From NCBI GenBank assembly GCA_050743265.1, contig JBOGEN010000225.1:166-64165 (forward strand): DNA of 64,000 nt, given 5' to 3'. How positions within the stretch are numbered: the first letter of the stretch is position 1; every line of letters begins with the position of its first letter. A program made the translations under genes and the position numbers. The notes beneath the pieces were generated by a model. The model saw only the letters and a program-made list of their open reading frames with translations. It was not told where the DNA came from and ran no database searches. The DNA is from Actinomycetes bacterium (lineage in GTDB: Bacteria > Actinomycetota > Actinomycetes > JBOGEN01). Positions 63,512 through 64,000 of this stretch are shown here, piece by piece.

Positions 63512-64000
63512 CGGAACCGTGACCGAGGGCGGCAGCCGTCCCGTGCGGGTGCGGTTCGCGCCGTCCCCGAGCGGCGACCTACACGTCGGCAACATCAGGA
63601 CCGCCCTCTACAACTGGGCCTTCGTCCGCCACAACCGCGGCACGTTCGTGTTCCGGGTCGAGGACACCGACCGCACCAGGGTCACCGAGGAGCACATCAA
63701 CGGGGCCGCGGACACCCTGCGCTGGCTCGGGCTCGACTGGGACGAGGGCCCGGAGATGGGCGGCCCCTGCGCGCCGTACCGACAGAGCGAGCGGCTCGAG
63801 CTGTACGCCCGGTGGGCCCAGCGGTTCCTGGACGAGGGCAGCGCGTACCACTGCTACTGCAGCTCGGAGGAGCTGGAGGAGCGCCGCGCCCAGCAGCGGG
63901 CCGAGGGGCGCCCGCCCGGCTACGACGGGCGCTGCCGCACGCTGACCGCGGCCCAGGTCGAGGCGTACCGGGCCGAAGGCCGTAAGCCCGTGGTCCGGTT
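63504..64000 (+). CDS. gltX: glutamate--tRNA ligase (N-terminal part; runs off the right edge)
   Basis: Absent from the ORF track because there is no stop in the window. From GTG 63504: [40 protein letters not shown]...FRVEDTD... (class I HIGH region). Confidence 0.9.
   Translation, partial: MTDGTVTEGGSRPVRVRFAPSPSGDLHVGNIRTALYNWAFVRHNRGTFVFRVEDTDRTRVTEEHINGAADTLRWLGLDWDEGPEMGGPCAPYRQSERLELYARWAQRFLDEGSAYHCYCSSEELEERRAQQRAEGRPPGYDGRCRTLTAAQVEAYRAEGRKPVVR

Overview
This is a very GC-rich actinobacterial chromosome segment. Codon third positions are almost always G/C, so every frame produces long spurious ORFs. I therefore called genes from recognisable protein sequence, SD and start-codon context, and start/stop overlaps.

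Part 1 (about 1-31 kb) looks like an accessory island for oxalate, glyoxylate and formate metabolism. It contains:
- moeA and a PanE-like reductase.
- An NAD-type formate dehydrogenase. Its catalytic gene has an in-frame TGA at the selenocysteine position. The subunit is split into two genes in permuted order around a NuoE-NuoF fusion, followed by fdhD.
- A leftward operon sucC-sucD-hyi-glxR-gcl-ALDH.
- An OxlT-like MFS transporter, a decayed formamidase/acetamidase remnant and a permease.
- oxc-frc plus a fused ADP-forming acyl-CoA synthetase.
- An uncharacterised cassette: two paralogous Nramp-like transporters, a small membrane protein, a PhnA-like alkaline-phosphatase-superfamily hydrolase and a FadR-type GntR regulator.

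Part 2 (about 31-64 kb) is a housekeeping block. As I recall it, the gene order matches the Mycobacterium tuberculosis Rv3029c-Rv2992c region (etfBA, iscS, mnmA, ligA, gatCAB, ilvBNC, serA, leuB, FAH, gltX). Extra genes here are mmpL, a GGDEF-EAL protein, a PQQ sugar dehydrogenase, a 2-hydroxyacid dehydrogenase, ilvD, a short-form leuA, ilvE and cimA.

I recognised no rRNA, tRNA, CRISPR array, transposase or integrase by eye.

Main hunting results:
- The Sec codon with a SECIS-like hairpin, and the split, permuted FDH.
- A palindromic ATAC-N-GTAT motif confined to the island's divergent promoter regions.
- The uncharacterised transporter/hydrolase cassette and its 450-bp non-coding centre.
- Three unannotated branched-chain amino-acid leader peptides (ilvB, leuA, cimA).
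- Several short tandem or direct repeats in regulatory gaps.
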